From the NCBI GenBank assembly GCA_049472315.1, contig JBLIRN010000066.1:1-15054 (forward strand): a stretch of DNA of 15,054 nucleotides. The letters are read 5' to 3'. Positions 1-12,452 of this stretch are shown piece after piece. Source of the DNA: a bacterium (GTDB lineage: Bacteria > SZUA-182 > DTGQ01 > JAFGSM01). Within the stretch, counting starts at the first letter, position 1; each line of letters opens with the position of its first letter. Under the pieces are notes generated by a model that saw only the letters and a program-made list of their open reading frames with translations, ran no database searches and was not told the DNA's origin. The position numbers and the translations under genes were made by a program.

Positions 1-2178
<2,178 letters not shown>

Positions 2179-2194
2179 GACAGTCTCCTCGGCG

Positions 2195-2665
2195 TTACCA
2201 CTTGTAATGGGCGAATGCCTTATTGGCCTCGGCCATCTTGTGGGTATCCTCTTTTTTCTTTATTGTGGCCCCTCGGTTGTTCGCTGCATCGAGCAGTTCG
2301 TTTGCGAGGGCATCAACCATACTCTTGCCCTTTTGCTGACGGGCAAAGTTGATTATCCATCGTATGGCGAGGGCAACGCGCCGGCGCGGACGAATCTCGA
2401 CCGGTACCTGATAGGTCGATCCTCCCACCCTCCTGGATTTCACCTCCAGGACCGGCTTTGCGTTGGTGAGCGCCTGTTTGAAAAGCTGGAGGGGATCCTC
2501 CTTGGTCTTGGATTGAATGGCATCCAATGACGAATAGAAGATCTTCTCCGCCGTGCTCTTTTTCCCGTCACTCATGAGATGGTTGATGAATTTTGCGACC
2601 AATGCGTCATCGAACCGTGCATCGGTTTCGACATCCTTACGCGTAATAACCCTTCTCCTGGGCAT
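2195..2665 (-). CDS. rpsG: 30S ribosomal protein S7 (uS7)
   Basis: MPRR start, [40 protein letters not shown] upstream. Confidence 0.99.
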   Translation of the reverse strand: MPRRRVITRKDVETDARFDDALVAKFINHLMSDGKKSTAEKIFYSSLDAIQSKTKEDPLQLFKQALTNAKPVLEVKSRRVGGSTYQVPVEIRPRRRVALAIRWIINFARQQKGKSMVDALANELLDAANNRGATIKKKEDTHKMAEANKAFAHYKW

Positions 2666-2724
2666 TGACGATGGCTCCTTATGTTCCTAACGGTTCGTCG
2701 TTGTCCGTATCCGTTCCGAGGGTG

Positions 2725-3096
2725 CTATTTGGGCCTCTTTGCCCCGTACTTGGAACGTGACTGCTTGCGATTCTGTACACCGGCTGTATCAAGATGCCCG
2801 CGAATGATATGGTAGCGGACACCAGGCAGGTCCTTGACCCTGCCCCCGCGAATGAGCACAATGGAATGTTCCTGAAGATTGTGTCCGATTCCCGGAATGT
2901 AGGTGGTCACCTCCTTGCCGTTGGTCAATCTGACGCGGGCCACCTTCCTGAGGGCGGAATTGGGTTTTTTGGGGGTCGTTGTATAGACCCTCACGCATAC
3001 CCCCCTCTTTTGTGGGCAGGAGGCAAGGGCCGGTGTCCCCTTCTTTTTTATGACCTTTTCACGCCCCTGTTTCACCAGTTGATTGATGGTCGGCAT
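2725..3096 (-). CDS. rpsL: 30S ribosomal protein S12 (uS12)
   Basis: [36 protein letters not shown]-like AAGGAAGG at 3103-3110. Confidence 0.99.
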   Translation of the reverse strand: MPTINQLVKQGREKVIKKKGTPALASCPQKRGVCVRVYTTTPKKPNSALRKVARVRLTNGKEVTTYIPGIGHNLQEHSIVLIRGGRVKDLPGVRYHIIRGHLDTAGVQNRKQSRSKYGAKRPK

Positions 3097-3182
3097 GTAT
3101 TCCCTTCCTTTTTGGGTACAATCGTTAACGATACAGATACCGCCATGCGCATATCGCTATGCCGTATAATCATTGTACCGTA

Positions 3183-3205
3183 GGTTGTATATTTGGTTGT
3201 ATATT
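3183..3205. repeat. Tandem direct repeat GGTTGTATATT x2 (12-bp period) in the rpsL leader
   Basis: Exact 11-mers at 3183-3193 and 3195-3205. The TTGTA core recurs in register at 3173-3177. Confidence 0.8.
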
Positions 3206-3310
3206 GCGAGATAACGAGAGAATTGTGAAGGCCTCATTCCCTGCAACAGGCCAGAATCACCTTCTCACTGCGCTATACAGTGCCAAGTATTTCCCGATAA
3301 AAGAACCCTT

Positions 3311-3339
3311 ATTGTAAGATGTTAATAATAGTTTGTCAA
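3311..3339 (-). promoter_or_regulatory. Sigma70-type promoter for the str operon (rpsL-rpsG-fusA-tuf)
   Basis: Minus strand reads TTGACA (3339-3334), a 17-nt AT-rich spacer AACTATTATTAACATCT, then TACAAT (3316-3311). Perfect -35, 5/6 -10, optimal spacing, correct orientation. Confidence 0.85.
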
Positions 3340-6300
3340 GTGAGGAACGAGGGTGGGGGTCCATCCCCCTCGACCTCTTTGACATCGATATCCCGGTATC
3401 GCCGAAGCCCGGTTCCCGCAGGAATGAGACGGCCCACGATGACGTTTTCCTTCAACCCGCGCAATTCGTCCCTCTTCCCGCACACACTCGCCTCGGTGAG
3501 TACGCGGGTCATCTCCTGGAACGATGCAGCGGAAATGAAGCTGTCCGTGCTCAGGGACGCCTTCGTGATGCCGAGCAGGATCGGCTTTGCGCTCGCCGGC
3601 TGGCCTCCCTGCGAGGACACCCGCTCGTTTTCCTCCTGGAACTGGAATCGATCCACCTGCTCGCCGACGATAAACTTGGTGTCACCCACCGATTCGATCC
3701 GTACCCATCGAAGCATCTGCCGGACGATCACCTCGATGTGCTTGTCGTCGATGTTGACGCCCTGGAGCCGGTAGACCTCCTGCACCTCATCCACCAGGTA
3801 TTTCTGGAGCGCCTTCTCTCCCATGACCCTGAGGATGTCGTGGGGGTTCGGGGCCCCATCCATGAGAGGCTCGCCTGCCTTGACCCGATCGCCATCGTGC
3901 ACGTTGATGTGTTTCCCTCTGGGGATAAGGTATTCCTGTTCCATACCCGCCTCGTTGCGTATGACCACCCTCCGCATTCCCTTGAGGGTGCCCCCCAGTT
4001 TGACCTCCCCGTCGATCTCGGCGATGATGGCGTATTCCTTCGGTTTCCGGGCCTCGAACAATTCGGCGACCCGGGGGAGACCTCCGGTGATGTCCTTGGT
4101 CTTTGTGGTTTCCCGCGGGATCTTGGCGATAACGTCGCCCGGGGCGACATCGGTCCCCTCCGAGACAATCAGGTGGGCACCGGCGGGCAGGAGGTAACTG
4201 GTGGGCTGCTTATGGTCCCCCTTGATCTGAAACCGCGGCTGCAGCTTTTCATCCGCATGGTCCATGATCACCTTCTGGGAAAGCCCGGTGACCTCGTCCA
4301 CCTCTTCCTTCATGGTGGTGCCGTCGATCACGTCCTTGTATGAGAGCCTTCCGGCGATCTCGGTGAGAATGGGGATGGTAAAGGGGTCCCACTCCACCAG
4401 GGTCTGCCCGACACTCACCATCTGGCCGTTGGGCACCTTTATGGTCGCACCGTACACCACCGGATAGATCTCGCGCTCGTGTCCCGTGTCATCCTCGATG
4501 CCGATGCTTCCATTGCGGTTGAGTACGATGAAGGTCCCGTCCCTTTTCTCCACGGTGTTGAGATTATGAAAGTTCAATTTGCCGTTGTTCTTCGCGGCAA
4601 CGGTCGATTCCATCTCGGTCAGACGGGCGGTCCCGCCGATGTGGAACGTTCTCATGGTCAACTGGGTCCCCGGCTCGCCGATGGATTGGGCGGCGAGTAC
4701 GCCGACCGCCTCCCCGAGCTCGACCATCTTGCCGGAGGCCAGGTTGGTGCCGTAGCAGCGGGCGCACACCCCCCTGCGCGCCTCGCAGGTGAGGACCGAT
4801 CTGATCTTGATGCTTATGATACCCGCATCCATGATCCGCTGGGCCAGGTCTTCATCGATCTCCTGATTGGGGCTTACCAGTACCTCGCCGGTTACGGGGT
4901 CCTTGATTTCCTCCAGGGCCACCCGCCCGATCGCCCTGTCCTTGATGGATGCGATGATCTCGCCACCTTCCACGATGGGCGTGAACTCGATGCCGTCCAG
5001 CGTACCGCAGTCATCATAGGTCACAATAACGTCCTGGGCCACATCCACCAGTCGTCGTGTCAGGTAGCCCGAGTCCGCCGTCTTGAGCGCCGTATCCGCC
5101 AGTCCCTTGCGGGCCCCGTGGGTGGAGATGAAGTACTGCAACACCGACAATCCCTCTTTAAAATTGGCGGTAATGGGCGTTTCGATGATTTCTCCGGAAG
5201 GCTTGGCCATCAGCCCTCGCATACCTGCAAGCTGCCTGATCTGCTGTTTGCTTCCCCTGGCCCCTGAGTCAGCCATCATGTAGATGGGATTGAACTCCCC
5301 GGTATGCATCGAACGGCCCCGGCCGGCCACCTTGTCCGTGTTCTTGAGCTCGATGAACATCTCGTCCGAGATCTGTTCGGTGACCCTGGACCATATATCC
5401 ACTACCTTGTTGTACCGCTCGCCGTCGGTGATGATCCCGTCGAGGTGCTGCTGCTCCACCTCGATGACCTCCTGTTCGGCCCTGGTGATCAACTCGTCCT
5501 TTCTGGAGGGGACCTGGATGTCATCGATGGAGATGGAGATACCGGATGAGGTGGCATACCGGAAACCGATCTCCTTCAGATCATCGAGAAGGGCCAATGT
5601 CTGGCTTTGACGGCACTTTCTCACGCACTGGGCAACGATCCGGATGATGTCCTTCTTCTTCAGCTCCTGGTTCACAAAGTCGAATCCGGGAGGAAGGATG
5701 TTGTTGAAGATGATCCGGCCCGGGGTGGTCGCCATCAACTCGCCGTTGATGCGGACCTTTATCTTGGCCTGAAGGCTGACCTCGCCGCAGTTGTGGGCCA
5801 GAAGTGCCTCGTCCGGATCGGAAAAGGACTTTCCTTCACCCCTTTCCCCGATCTTCGCCTTGGTGAGAAAGTAGCAGCCGAGCACGATGTCCTGGCTGGG
5901 GACGGCCAGCGGTTCGCCGTTTGCCGGGGAGAGGATGTTGTTGGTGGACATCATCAGGACGCGGGCCTCGATTTGCGCCTCGAAGGAGAGGGGGATGTGA
6001 ACGGCCATCTGATCGCCGTCAAAGTCGGCATTGAATGCCGCGCATACCAAGGGATGTATCCTGATCGCCTTTCCCTCCACCAGGACCGGTTCGAACGCCT
6101 GTATCCCGAGGCGGTGCAGGGTGGGGGCCCTGTTCAGGAGCACCGGGTGCTCGGTGATGACCTCCTCCAGGATTTCCCATATCTCGGGCCTCTGTTTTTC
6201 CACCATCTTCTTTGCGCTCTTGATGGTAGTGACATATCCCATTTCCTCTAACTTACTGTAAATAAAGGGCTTGAAAAGTTCGAGGGCCATTTGTTTCGGA

Positions 6301-7403
6301 AGACCGCACTGGTGAAGTTTCAGCTCGGGCTCCACCACGATGACCGAGCGGCCGGAATAATCCACCCGTTTTCCCAGGAGGTTCTGCCTGAAGCGCCCCT
6401 GTTTCCCCTTGAGCATGTCGCTCAATGACTTGAGGGGACGATTGTTGGCGCCCCTCAGGACCCTTCCCCGTCGCCCGTTGTCAAAGAGGGCGTCCACCGC
6501 CTCCTGGAGCATGCGCTTCTCGTTGCGTATGATCACGTCGGGGGCGTTGAGCTCGATGAGTCTCTTGAGGCGGTTGTTGCGGTTGATGACCCGCCGGTAG
6601 AGGTCGTTCAGGTCGGAGGTGGCAAACCGTCCTCCATCCAGAGGGACCAGCGGCCGAAGATCGGGCGGAATGACCGGTATCACCTCCAGGATCATCCATT
6701 CGGGCTTGTTTCCGGAATACAGGAACGCCTCCACCACCTTGAGCCGTTTGGCGAGCTTCTTTTCCTGCTGGGCCGAGGAGGTCTGTCGCATGTCCTCGCG
6801 GAGGTCCTGGGCGAGCTTGGGGATATCCAGCCGGGAGAGCATGGTGTGGATCGCCTCCGCACCCATCCCTGCCTCGAAACGGTCCCCGAATTGCTCGCGA
6901 GCCTTGCGGAATTTATCCTCGGTCAGAATCTCTTGCGGCTGAAGATCCGTATCCCCCGGCTCGATGACCACGTATGCCTCAAAATAGAGGATCTTTTCAA
7001 GATCCCTGAGGGTCATGTCAAGCAGATGCCCGATGCGGCTGGGAAGCCCCTTGAAAAACCAGACATGGGAGACCGGGCAGGCCAGTTCGATATGCCCGAG
7101 CCGTTCCCTTCGCACCTTCGACTGAATGACCTCCACACCGCATTTGTCGCAGACCACACCGCGGTGTTTCATTCGCTTGTACTTGCCGCAGTTACACTCC
7201 CAGTCCTTCGTAGGTCCGAAGATCTTCGCGCAGAACAGGCCGTCTTTTTCCGGCTTGAAGGTTCGGTAGTTGATGGTCTCGGGCTTTTTCACCTCTCCGT
7301 GGGACCAGGATCTGATCTTTTCGGGAGAGGCCAACCCTATGCGGATAGAGTCGAATTCGATCCGCTCTCTCGATTTATTCATAAAGCCACGATAGGATCG
7401 CAA
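3336..7403 (-). CDS. rpoC: DNA-directed RNA polymerase beta' subunit, 1355 aa, TTG start
   Basis: Zn ribbon CNCGKYK..CDKC, catalytic NADFDGD, bridge helix [23 protein letters not shown], trigger loop QLTMRTFH followed by an SI3-type insertion before DITGGLPR. The TTG start is supported by SD AGGAGGAG at 7411-7418, 7 nt upstream, overlapping the rpoB TAA. Confidence 0.99.
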   Translation of the reverse strand: MRSYRGFMNKSRERIEFDSIRIGLASPEKIRSWSHGEVKKPETINYRTFKPEKDGLFCAKIFGPTKDWECNCGKYKRMKHRGVVCDKCGVEVIQSKVRRERLGHIELACPVSHVWFFKGLPSRIGHLLDMTLRDLEKILYFEAYVVIEPGDTDLQPQEILTEDKFRKAREQFGDRFEAGMGAEAIHTMLSRLDIPKLAQDLREDMRQTSSAQQEKKLAKRLKVVEAFLYSGNKPEWMILEVIPVIPPDLRPLVPLDGGRFATSDLNDLYRRVINRNNRLKRLIELNAPDVIIRNEKRMLQEAVDALFDNGRRGRVLRGANNRPLKSLSDMLKGKQGRFRQNLLGKRVDYSGRSVIVVEPELKLHQCGLPKQMALELFKPFIYSKLEEMGYVTTIKSAKKMVEKQRPEIWEILEEVITEHPVLLNRAPTLHRLGIQAFEPVLVEGKAIRIHPLVCAAFNADFDGDQMAVHIPLSFEAQIEARVLMMSTNNILSPANGEPLAVPSQDIVLGCYFLTKAKIGERGEGKSFSDPDEALLAHNCGEVSLQAKIKVRINGELMATTPGRIIFNNILPPGFDFVNQELKKKDIIRIVAQCVRKCRQSQTLALLDDLKEIGFRYATSSGISISIDDIQVPSRKDELITRAEQEVIEVEQQHLDGIITDGERYNKVVDIWSRVTEQISDEMFIELKNTDKVAGRGRSMHTGEFNPIYMMADSGARGSKQQIRQLAGMRGLMAKPSGEIIETPITANFKEGLSVLQYFISTHGARKGLADTALKTADSGYLTRRLVDVAQDVIVTYDDCGTLDGIEFTPIVEGGEIIASIKDRAIGRVALEEIKDPVTGEVLVSPNQEIDEDLAQRIMDAGIISIKIRSVLTCEARRGVCARCYGTNLASGKMVELGEAVGVLAAQSIGEPGTQLTMRTFHIGGTARLTEMESTVAAKNNGKLNFHNLNTVEKRDGTFIVLNRNGSIGIEDDTGHEREIYPVVYGATIKVPNGQMVSVGQTLVEWDPFTIPILTEIAGRLSYKDVIDGTTMKEEVDEVTGLSQKVIMDHADEKLQPRFQIKGDHKQPTSYLLPAGAHLIVSEGTDVAPGDVIAKIPRETTKTKDITGGLPRVAELFEARKPKEYAIIAEIDGEVKLGGTLKGMRRVVIRNEAGMEQEYLIPRGKHINVHDGDRVKAGEPLMDGAPNPHDILRVMGEKALQKYLVDEVQEVYRLQGVNIDDKHIEVIVRQMLRWVRIESVGDTKFIVGEQVDRFQFQEENERVSSQGGQPASAKPILLGITKASLSTDSFISAASFQEMTRVLTEASVCGKRDELRGLKENVIVGRLIPAGTGLRRYRDIDVKEVEGDGPPPSFLT

Positions 7404-7417
7404 TGTAGTACTCCTCC

Positions 7418-10400
7418 TTATTTCTGCTCTTCTTTCAAGAGCTCAACGTCCAGGCACAGGCTCTGGAGCTCCTTGACCAGGACATTGAATGATTCGGGAA
7501 CACCCGGATCCTTCAGGTCTTCACCCTTGACAATGGCCTCATAGGCGTCCGTCCTTCCTGCCACGTCATCCGATTTTACGGTCAGAATCTCCTGGAGGGT
7601 GTAAGCGGCGCCATATGCCTCGAGCGCCCATACCTCCATCTCCCCGAACCGTTGGCCTCCGAACTGTGCCTTTCCGCCGAGGGGCTGCTGGGTGACCAGC
7701 GAGTAGGGGCCTATGGATCTGGCATGGATCTTGTCGTCAACGAGGTGGGCCAGCTTGAGGATATAGATATATCCTACGGTCACATCCTGCAGAAAGGGTT
7801 CCCCGCTTCGGCCGTCGTAGAGAACGGTCCGTCCGGATTCCGGAAGCCCGGACTCCTGGAGGGCCGCCTTGATCTGACTGACACTCGCCCCGTCAAACAC
7901 CGGGGTGGCCATGTGGAGCCCGAGGGCGCTGGCTGCCCATCCAAGGTGGGTCTCCAGGATCTGCCCCACGTTCATTCGGGAGGGAACCCCCAGGGGATTC
8001 AGCACGATTTCCACGGGCGTGCCGTCAGGAAGGAAGGGCATATCCTCCTGGGGAAGGATCTTTGAAACCACCCCCTTGTTTCCATGCCTTCCCGCCATCT
8101 TGTCGCCGACCGACAGTTTTCTCTTCATCGCAATGTAGACCTTGACCAGCTTGATAACCCCCGGCGGCAGTTCGCCTCCCTTTTCCAGACGGGAGAGCTT
8201 TTCATGAAAGATATTCTGGTAGTAATCGATCTGGGAATCCGCCCAGCTTTCGATCTCCTCCATCTGCGGCTTGATCATGGATTGGTCAATGGCCCCGAAT
8301 TCTTCGATATCGGCGGGTGGGGGTGCGGGCTCATCATCGATGGTATGTTCCGACAGGATGCCCTGCATCAATTTTGACTTCTGATCCTCAACGATCTTGA
8401 TCTCGTCCCGGAGACTTCGCTTGAGATTGGAGACCTCTTCATCCTCGATGTCCTTGGTCCGCTGGTCCTTTTCCACCCCTTTCCGCGAGAAGACCTTGAC
8501 ATCCACTACCACCCCATCGATGCCGGGCGGCACCGACAGTGACGCGTCGCGCACATCGGCCGCCTTTTCACCGAAAATCGCCCTGAGGAGCTTCTCTTCC
8601 GGGGTCAACTGGGTCTCCCCCTTCGGGGTCACCTTTCCCACCAGGATGTCCCCGGGCTTCACCTCGGCGCCGATACGGATGATGCCGCTTTCATCGAGAT
8701 TTTTAAGGGCCTCCTCACCGACATTGGGGATCTCCCGGGTGATCTCCTCCTTACCCAGTTTCGTATCGCGCACCTCGATGTCGAACTCCTCGATGTGGAT
8801 GGAGGTATAGCGGTCATCCTTGACCAGGTTTTCACTGATCAGGATGGCGTCCTCGAAATTGTATCCGCCCCACGGCATGAACGCCACGAGCACATTCTGG
8901 CCCAGGGCAAGTTCGCCATGGTCGGTTGCAGCGCCGTCGGCAATCAAATCCCCTTCCTCCACCCGTTGTCCGACCTTCACCATCGGTCTCTGGTTCAGAC
9001 AGGTGTTTTGATTGGAGCGCTGGAATTTCGTCAGTTCATAGATGTCCATGATCGGTTCGCCACCGCCCTCCGCCAGCGCTTCGGGCTCCTGGTCGGCGCG
9101 GATGATGATCCGGTTTGCCGATACGCTCTCCACCATACCTGCCCTTTTCGCCATCATAACGGCGCCGGAGTCCCGGGCAACGATCCCTTCCATGCCTGTT
9201 CCCACCAAGGGGGCGGAGGGCTTGAGCAGCGGGACCGCCTGGCGCTGCATGTTGGATCCCATGAGGGCGCGGTTGGCGTCGTCGTGTTCAAGGAAGGGGA
9301 TGAGCGAGGTGGATACGCTCACCAGTTGCTTAGGGGACACATCCATGAAGTCGATCTGATCGGCGGGAAGCTTCTTGAATTCACCTCCCTGCCGGACGTT
9401 CACCCTGTCGGTGAGAAAGTATCCGCTCTCGTCGATGGGGGCATTGGCCTGGGCCACCGCATAGTTTTCCTCTTCACTGGCCGTAAGGAACACGATTTCG
9501 TCGGTCACCTGCCCGTTGACCACCCTTCGATACGGGGTCTCTATAAAACCGAACTCATTGACCCGGGCAAAGGTGGACAGCGAGGAAATGAGCCCGATAT
9601 TCGGGCCTTCGGGGGTCTCTATGGGACAGATGCGGCCGTAGTGCGTCGGATGGACGTCGCGCACCTCAAAACCGGCACGCTCCCTGCTGAGGCTTCCGGG
9701 GCCCAGGGCGCTCAGACGTCTCTTGTGGGTGAGCTCGGAGAGCGGGTTGGTCTGATCCAGAAACTGGGAGAGCTGGCTGCTTCCGAAAAATTCCTTGATG
9801 ACCGCTGCAACCGGCTTCGAATTGACGATGTCATGGGGCATGACCGTTTCCATGTCCTGGATGCTCATGCGCTCCCGAATCGCCCGTTCCATCCTCACCA
9901 GACCGATTCTGAACTGGTTTTCGAGCAGTTCCCCGACCGATCTCACCCGGCGGTTCCCCAGGTGATCGATATCGTCAACGTACCCGTAGCCGTTCTGCAA
10001 TTGCAGGAGGTACCGGATGGTTTCCATGAAGTCCGATTCGGTGAGGAGCCTCTCGTCGATAGGATTATCGAGTTCAAGCCGCCGGTTCATGATCAGGCGG
10101 CCCACCCGTGAAAGGTCGTAGCGCTTGTGATCAAAGAACATGTGATTGAACAGGGTCTGGGCGCTTTCCGGCGTGGGGGGGTCCCCAGGTCGCATTCGTT
10201 TGTATATATCGATCAGCGCATCGGTTTTGGTTTTGATGGGATCCTTGGCCACCGTGTCCCTTAGTGATTGACCGATTTTGCTTCCTTCGACGATGAGTAA
10301 CTCGATCTCGTGTATCCCCTTTTCCTTGCAGGTAAAGAGGGTGTCCACCGTCATCGGGGAGTTGACCTCGAACAGGATCTCGCCCGTCTCCATGTCGATG

Positions 10401-11338
10401 ATATCCGATGCCAGATAGTGGCCGATCAAGTGCTCCTCTTCGACGGGGATCCGATCGATGCCGCATTCCATCATGCGTTTTAGATTGGCCTTGCCTATCT
10501 TGGTGTTTGCCTTGACAATCACCTTTCCCGTCTGAGGATCCAGGACATCCGTGCCGACCCTTTCTCCTATGTGGGCTTCGGGATCAAGCACCTTGGTCCA
10601 GACATTATCCTCCCCCAGAAGCACCTTCTCGGTTGGATAGAACCGCTTCAGGATATCCTCATCGGACTCTATCCCCATCGCCCTCAGCAGGACGGTGGCG
10701 ATGATCTTTCTCCTGCGGTCGATTCTCAGGTACAGGATATCCTTGCTGCAGATCTCGAATTCAACCCATGACCCGCGATAGGGAATGATACGGGCGGTAT
10801 ACACGATTTTCTGGCCGGAATAGGTCTTCCCCTTGTCATGGCCGAAGAAGACCCCGGGAGATCGATGCATCTGACTTACGATCGCCCGTTCGGTGCCGTT
10901 GATGATAAACGTCCCATTCTCGGTCATCAGGGGGATTTCGCCCAGATATATCTCCTGCTCCTTGATATCCCTGATGGATCGGGTTGCGGGCTGCTGCTCC
11001 TTGTTTTTGACCCATACGATAAGGCGTACCACCACCTTGATGGCGGCTGCATAGGTCATACCCCGCTGATGGCATTCCTTGACGCTGTACTTCGGCTCTC
11101 CGAAACTGTAGGAAACGAATTCCAGCGAACAGGTGTCGCTAAAATCGGTTATAGGGAAGACGCTTTTGAATACCCCCTGCAAGCCTTCGTCGATCCGGGC
11201 TTCCTGGGGTGCTTCCCTCTGGAGAAATTTCTCGTAGGAACTCTTCTGGATCTCAATGAGGTTGGGGACCTCCATAATCTCCGGTATCTTTGCGAAATTC
11301 CTCCGTCCCCGCTTGACACTCCTAAAATTGGTTACCAT
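7418..11338 (-). CDS. rpoB: DNA-directed RNA polymerase beta subunit, ~1306 aa (start revised from 11386 to 11338)
   Basis: Rif-region motif [45 protein letters not shown]. The ATG at 11338 (MVTNFRS...) has SD AGAGGT ~6 nt upstream. The ATG at 11386 lies inside a hairpin and lacks an SD. Confidence 0.97.
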   Translation of the reverse strand: MVTNFRSVKRGRRNFAKIPEIMEVPNLIEIQKSSYEKFLQREAPQEARIDEGLQGVFKSVFPITDFSDTCSLEFVSYSFGEPKYSVKECHQRGMTYAAAIKVVVRLIVWVKNKEQQPATRSIRDIKEQEIYLGEIPLMTENGTFIINGTERAIVSQMHRSPGVFFGHDKGKTYSGQKIVYTARIIPYRGSWVEFEICSKDILYLRIDRRRKIIATVLLRAMGIESDEDILKRFYPTEKVLLGEDNVWTKVLDPEAHIGERVGTDVLDPQTGKVIVKANTKIGKANLKRMMECGIDRIPVEEEHLIGHYLASDIIDMETGEILFEVNSPMTVDTLFTCKEKGIHEIELLIVEGSKIGQSLRDTVAKDPIKTKTDALIDIYKRMRPGDPPTPESAQTLFNHMFFDHKRYDLSRVGRLIMNRRLELDNPIDERLLTESDFMETIRYLLQLQNGYGYVDDIDHLGNRRVRSVGELLENQFRIGLVRMERAIRERMSIQDMETVMPHDIVNSKPVAAVIKEFFGSSQLSQFLDQTNPLSELTHKRRLSALGPGSLSRERAGFEVRDVHPTHYGRICPIETPEGPNIGLISSLSTFARVNEFGFIETPYRRVVNGQVTDEIVFLTASEEENYAVAQANAPIDESGYFLTDRVNVRQGGEFKKLPADQIDFMDVSPKQLVSVSTSLIPFLEHDDANRALMGSNMQRQAVPLLKPSAPLVGTGMEGIVARDSGAVMMAKRAGMVESVSANRIIIRADQEPEALAEGGGEPIMDIYELTKFQRSNQNTCLNQRPMVKVGQRVEEGDLIADGAATDHGELALGQNVLVAFMPWGGYNFEDAILISENLVKDDRYTSIHIEEFDIEVRDTKLGKEEITREIPNVGEEALKNLDESGIIRIGAEVKPGDILVGKVTPKGETQLTPEEKLLRAIFGEKAADVRDASLSVPPGIDGVVVDVKVFSRKGVEKDQRTKDIEDEEVSNLKRSLRDEIKIVEDQKSKLMQGILSEHTIDDEPAPPPADIEEFGAIDQSMIKPQMEEIESWADSQIDYYQNIFHEKLSRLEKGGELPPGVIKLVKVYIAMKRKLSVGDKMAGRHGNKGVVSKILPQEDMPFLPDGTPVEIVLNPLGVPSRMNVGQILETHLGWAASALGLHMATPVFDGASVSQIKAALQESGLPESGRTVLYDGRSGEPFLQDVTVGYIYILKLAHLVDDKIHARSIGPYSLVTQQPLGGKAQFGGQRFGEMEVWALEAYGAAYTLQEILTVKSDDVAGRTDAYEAIVKGEDLKDPGVPESFNVLVKELQSLCLDVELLKEEQK

Positions 11339-11380
11339 ATAAAACCTCTTTTGACCAAAAATATTTTTGATCAGAATGAA

Positions 11381-11402
11381 ACCCATACCTGCAGGTATGG
11401 GT
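11381..11402 (-). terminator. Putative intrinsic terminator/attenuator between rplL and rpoB
   Basis: Perfect 22-bp palindrome ACCCATACCTGCAGGTATGGGT followed on the minus strand by an interrupted U-rich tail (TTCATTCT). Same position as the E. coli rplL-rpoB attenuator. Confidence 0.6.
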
Positions 11403-11443
11403 CCGGCATCTCACCTGTGACGGGCCATCGTGCAGGGCTTCGG

Positions 11444-11830
11444 CTACTTGATCTCCACCGATCCACCCACCTTCTCGATGGCTGCCTTCATCTTTTCCGC
11501 TTCTTCCTTGGAGACATGCTCTTTGAGGGGTTTGGGTGCGTTATCCACCAGTTCCTTCGCCTCCTTCAATCCCAGTCCGGTGAGGGCCCGGACCTCCTTG
11601 ATGACCTGGATCTTCTGATCACCGATACCGGTGAGGTGGACGGTAAACTCCGTCTGTTCTTCCTCTTTCTTCTCGGCCTCCGCCGGGCCGGCCCCTGCAA
11701 ACATCATGGGCATCGGGGCCGCAGCGGACACGCCGAATTTCTCTTCCAACTCCTTGACCATTTCGGACAATTCCATGACGGTCATGTTGGAGATGAAGTT
11801 GATAACATCCTCTTTCGTAAGTCCAGCCAT
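11444..11830 (-). CDS. rplL: 50S ribosomal protein L7/L12 (bL12)
   Basis: [12 protein letters not shown] hinge, [32 protein letters not shown] upstream. Confidence 0.99.
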   Translation of the reverse strand: MAGLTKEDVINFISNMTVMELSEMVKELEEKFGVSAAAPMPMMFAGAGPAEAEKKEEEQTEFTVHLTGIGDQKIQVIKEVRALTGLGLKEAKELVDNAPKPLKEHVSKEEAEKMKAAIEKVGGSVEIK

Positions 11831-11930
11831 ACCTTCCTCCTTGTCGTCTGCGCTGTCATCGTGTTGCGCCCTGTTGTACCGTCCTGCTCCCAGAAAAACC
11901 CTGCTCCCCGGGCGAAGGGAAACAGCGCCG

Positions 11931-12452
11931 TTACCCCTGGGACTTCTTCTGTTCTAATGCCTTGAGGCAGTTGAGCAGCCCTCTGAGGGTGGAGCTCAAC
12001 GTATTGACCAGGCCTGTCAAAGGGGCCTGCATCTGCATCAATAACTGACTCAGCAGTATCTCTCGGGGCGGAAGGTCAGCGATGGCACCGATTGCGTTTT
12101 CCGCAATCAGCTTTCCCTCGATGACCCCGCCCTTAAGGACCAGTTGCGGGTTTTCCTTGGCAAAATCCTTCAGCACCTTGATGGGAACCACAGGGTCATC
12201 CACGCCGAAGGCCACGGCCGTGGGGCCGATAAACAGGGTCTCCCCGCCGCTCAGGTTGAGTACCTGAAAGGCCCTCTCCGCAAGGGTGTTCTTTAAAACG
12301 TGGAATTCCACATGGGCCTGTCTGGAGCGATTCCTCAGGTCTTCCATGCTTTGGACGCTGAGTCCCTTGAATTCTGCAAACACCGCTGAGGAGGATTTGG
12401 AAAATTTGTCCTCAAGTTCCTTGACCGTTCGTTCCTTTTCATCCCTTTTCAC
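11931..12452 (-). CDS. rplJ: 50S ribosomal protein L10 (uL10), GTG start
   Basis: [38 protein letters not shown] at 12460-12463. Synteny rplA-rplJ-rplL. Confidence 0.97.
   Translation of the reverse strand: MKRDEKERTVKELEDKFSKSSSAVFAEFKGLSVQSMEDLRNRSRQAHVEFHVLKNTLAERAFQVLNLSGGETLFIGPTAVAFGVDDPVVPIKVLKDFAKENPQLVLKGGVIEGKLIAENAIGAIADLPPREILLSQLLMQMQAPLTGLVNTLSSTLRGLLNCLKALEQKKSQG

Noticed and set aside
2666..2724. rpsL-rpsG spacer as an E. coli-type S7 autoregulatory site
   Set aside because: Only a 5-bp AACGG/CCGTT pairing is visible in 59 nt, too weak to support without comparative data.
2725..3096. Streptomycin-resistance alleles in rpsL
   Set aside because: Both key lysines (TPKKPN and RVKDLP) are wild type.
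3165..3170. Perfect TATAAT on the plus strand as an antisense promoter into rpoC
   Set aside because: No -35 at 16-18 bp and no extended -10 TG; expected by chance in an AT-rich spacer.
4090..4640. ~190-aa insertion in the RpoC trigger loop as a possible intein or novel domain
   Set aside because: Position and size match the known SI3 (beta' i6) insertion of Gram-negative lineages, and there are no intein splice-junction residues.
11339..11386. 16-aa N-terminal extension of RpoB in the ORF track ([16 protein letters not shown])
   Set aside because: The upstream ATG lacks an SD and sits within the palindromic hairpin. ATG 11338 has an SD and gives a typical RpoB N-terminus.
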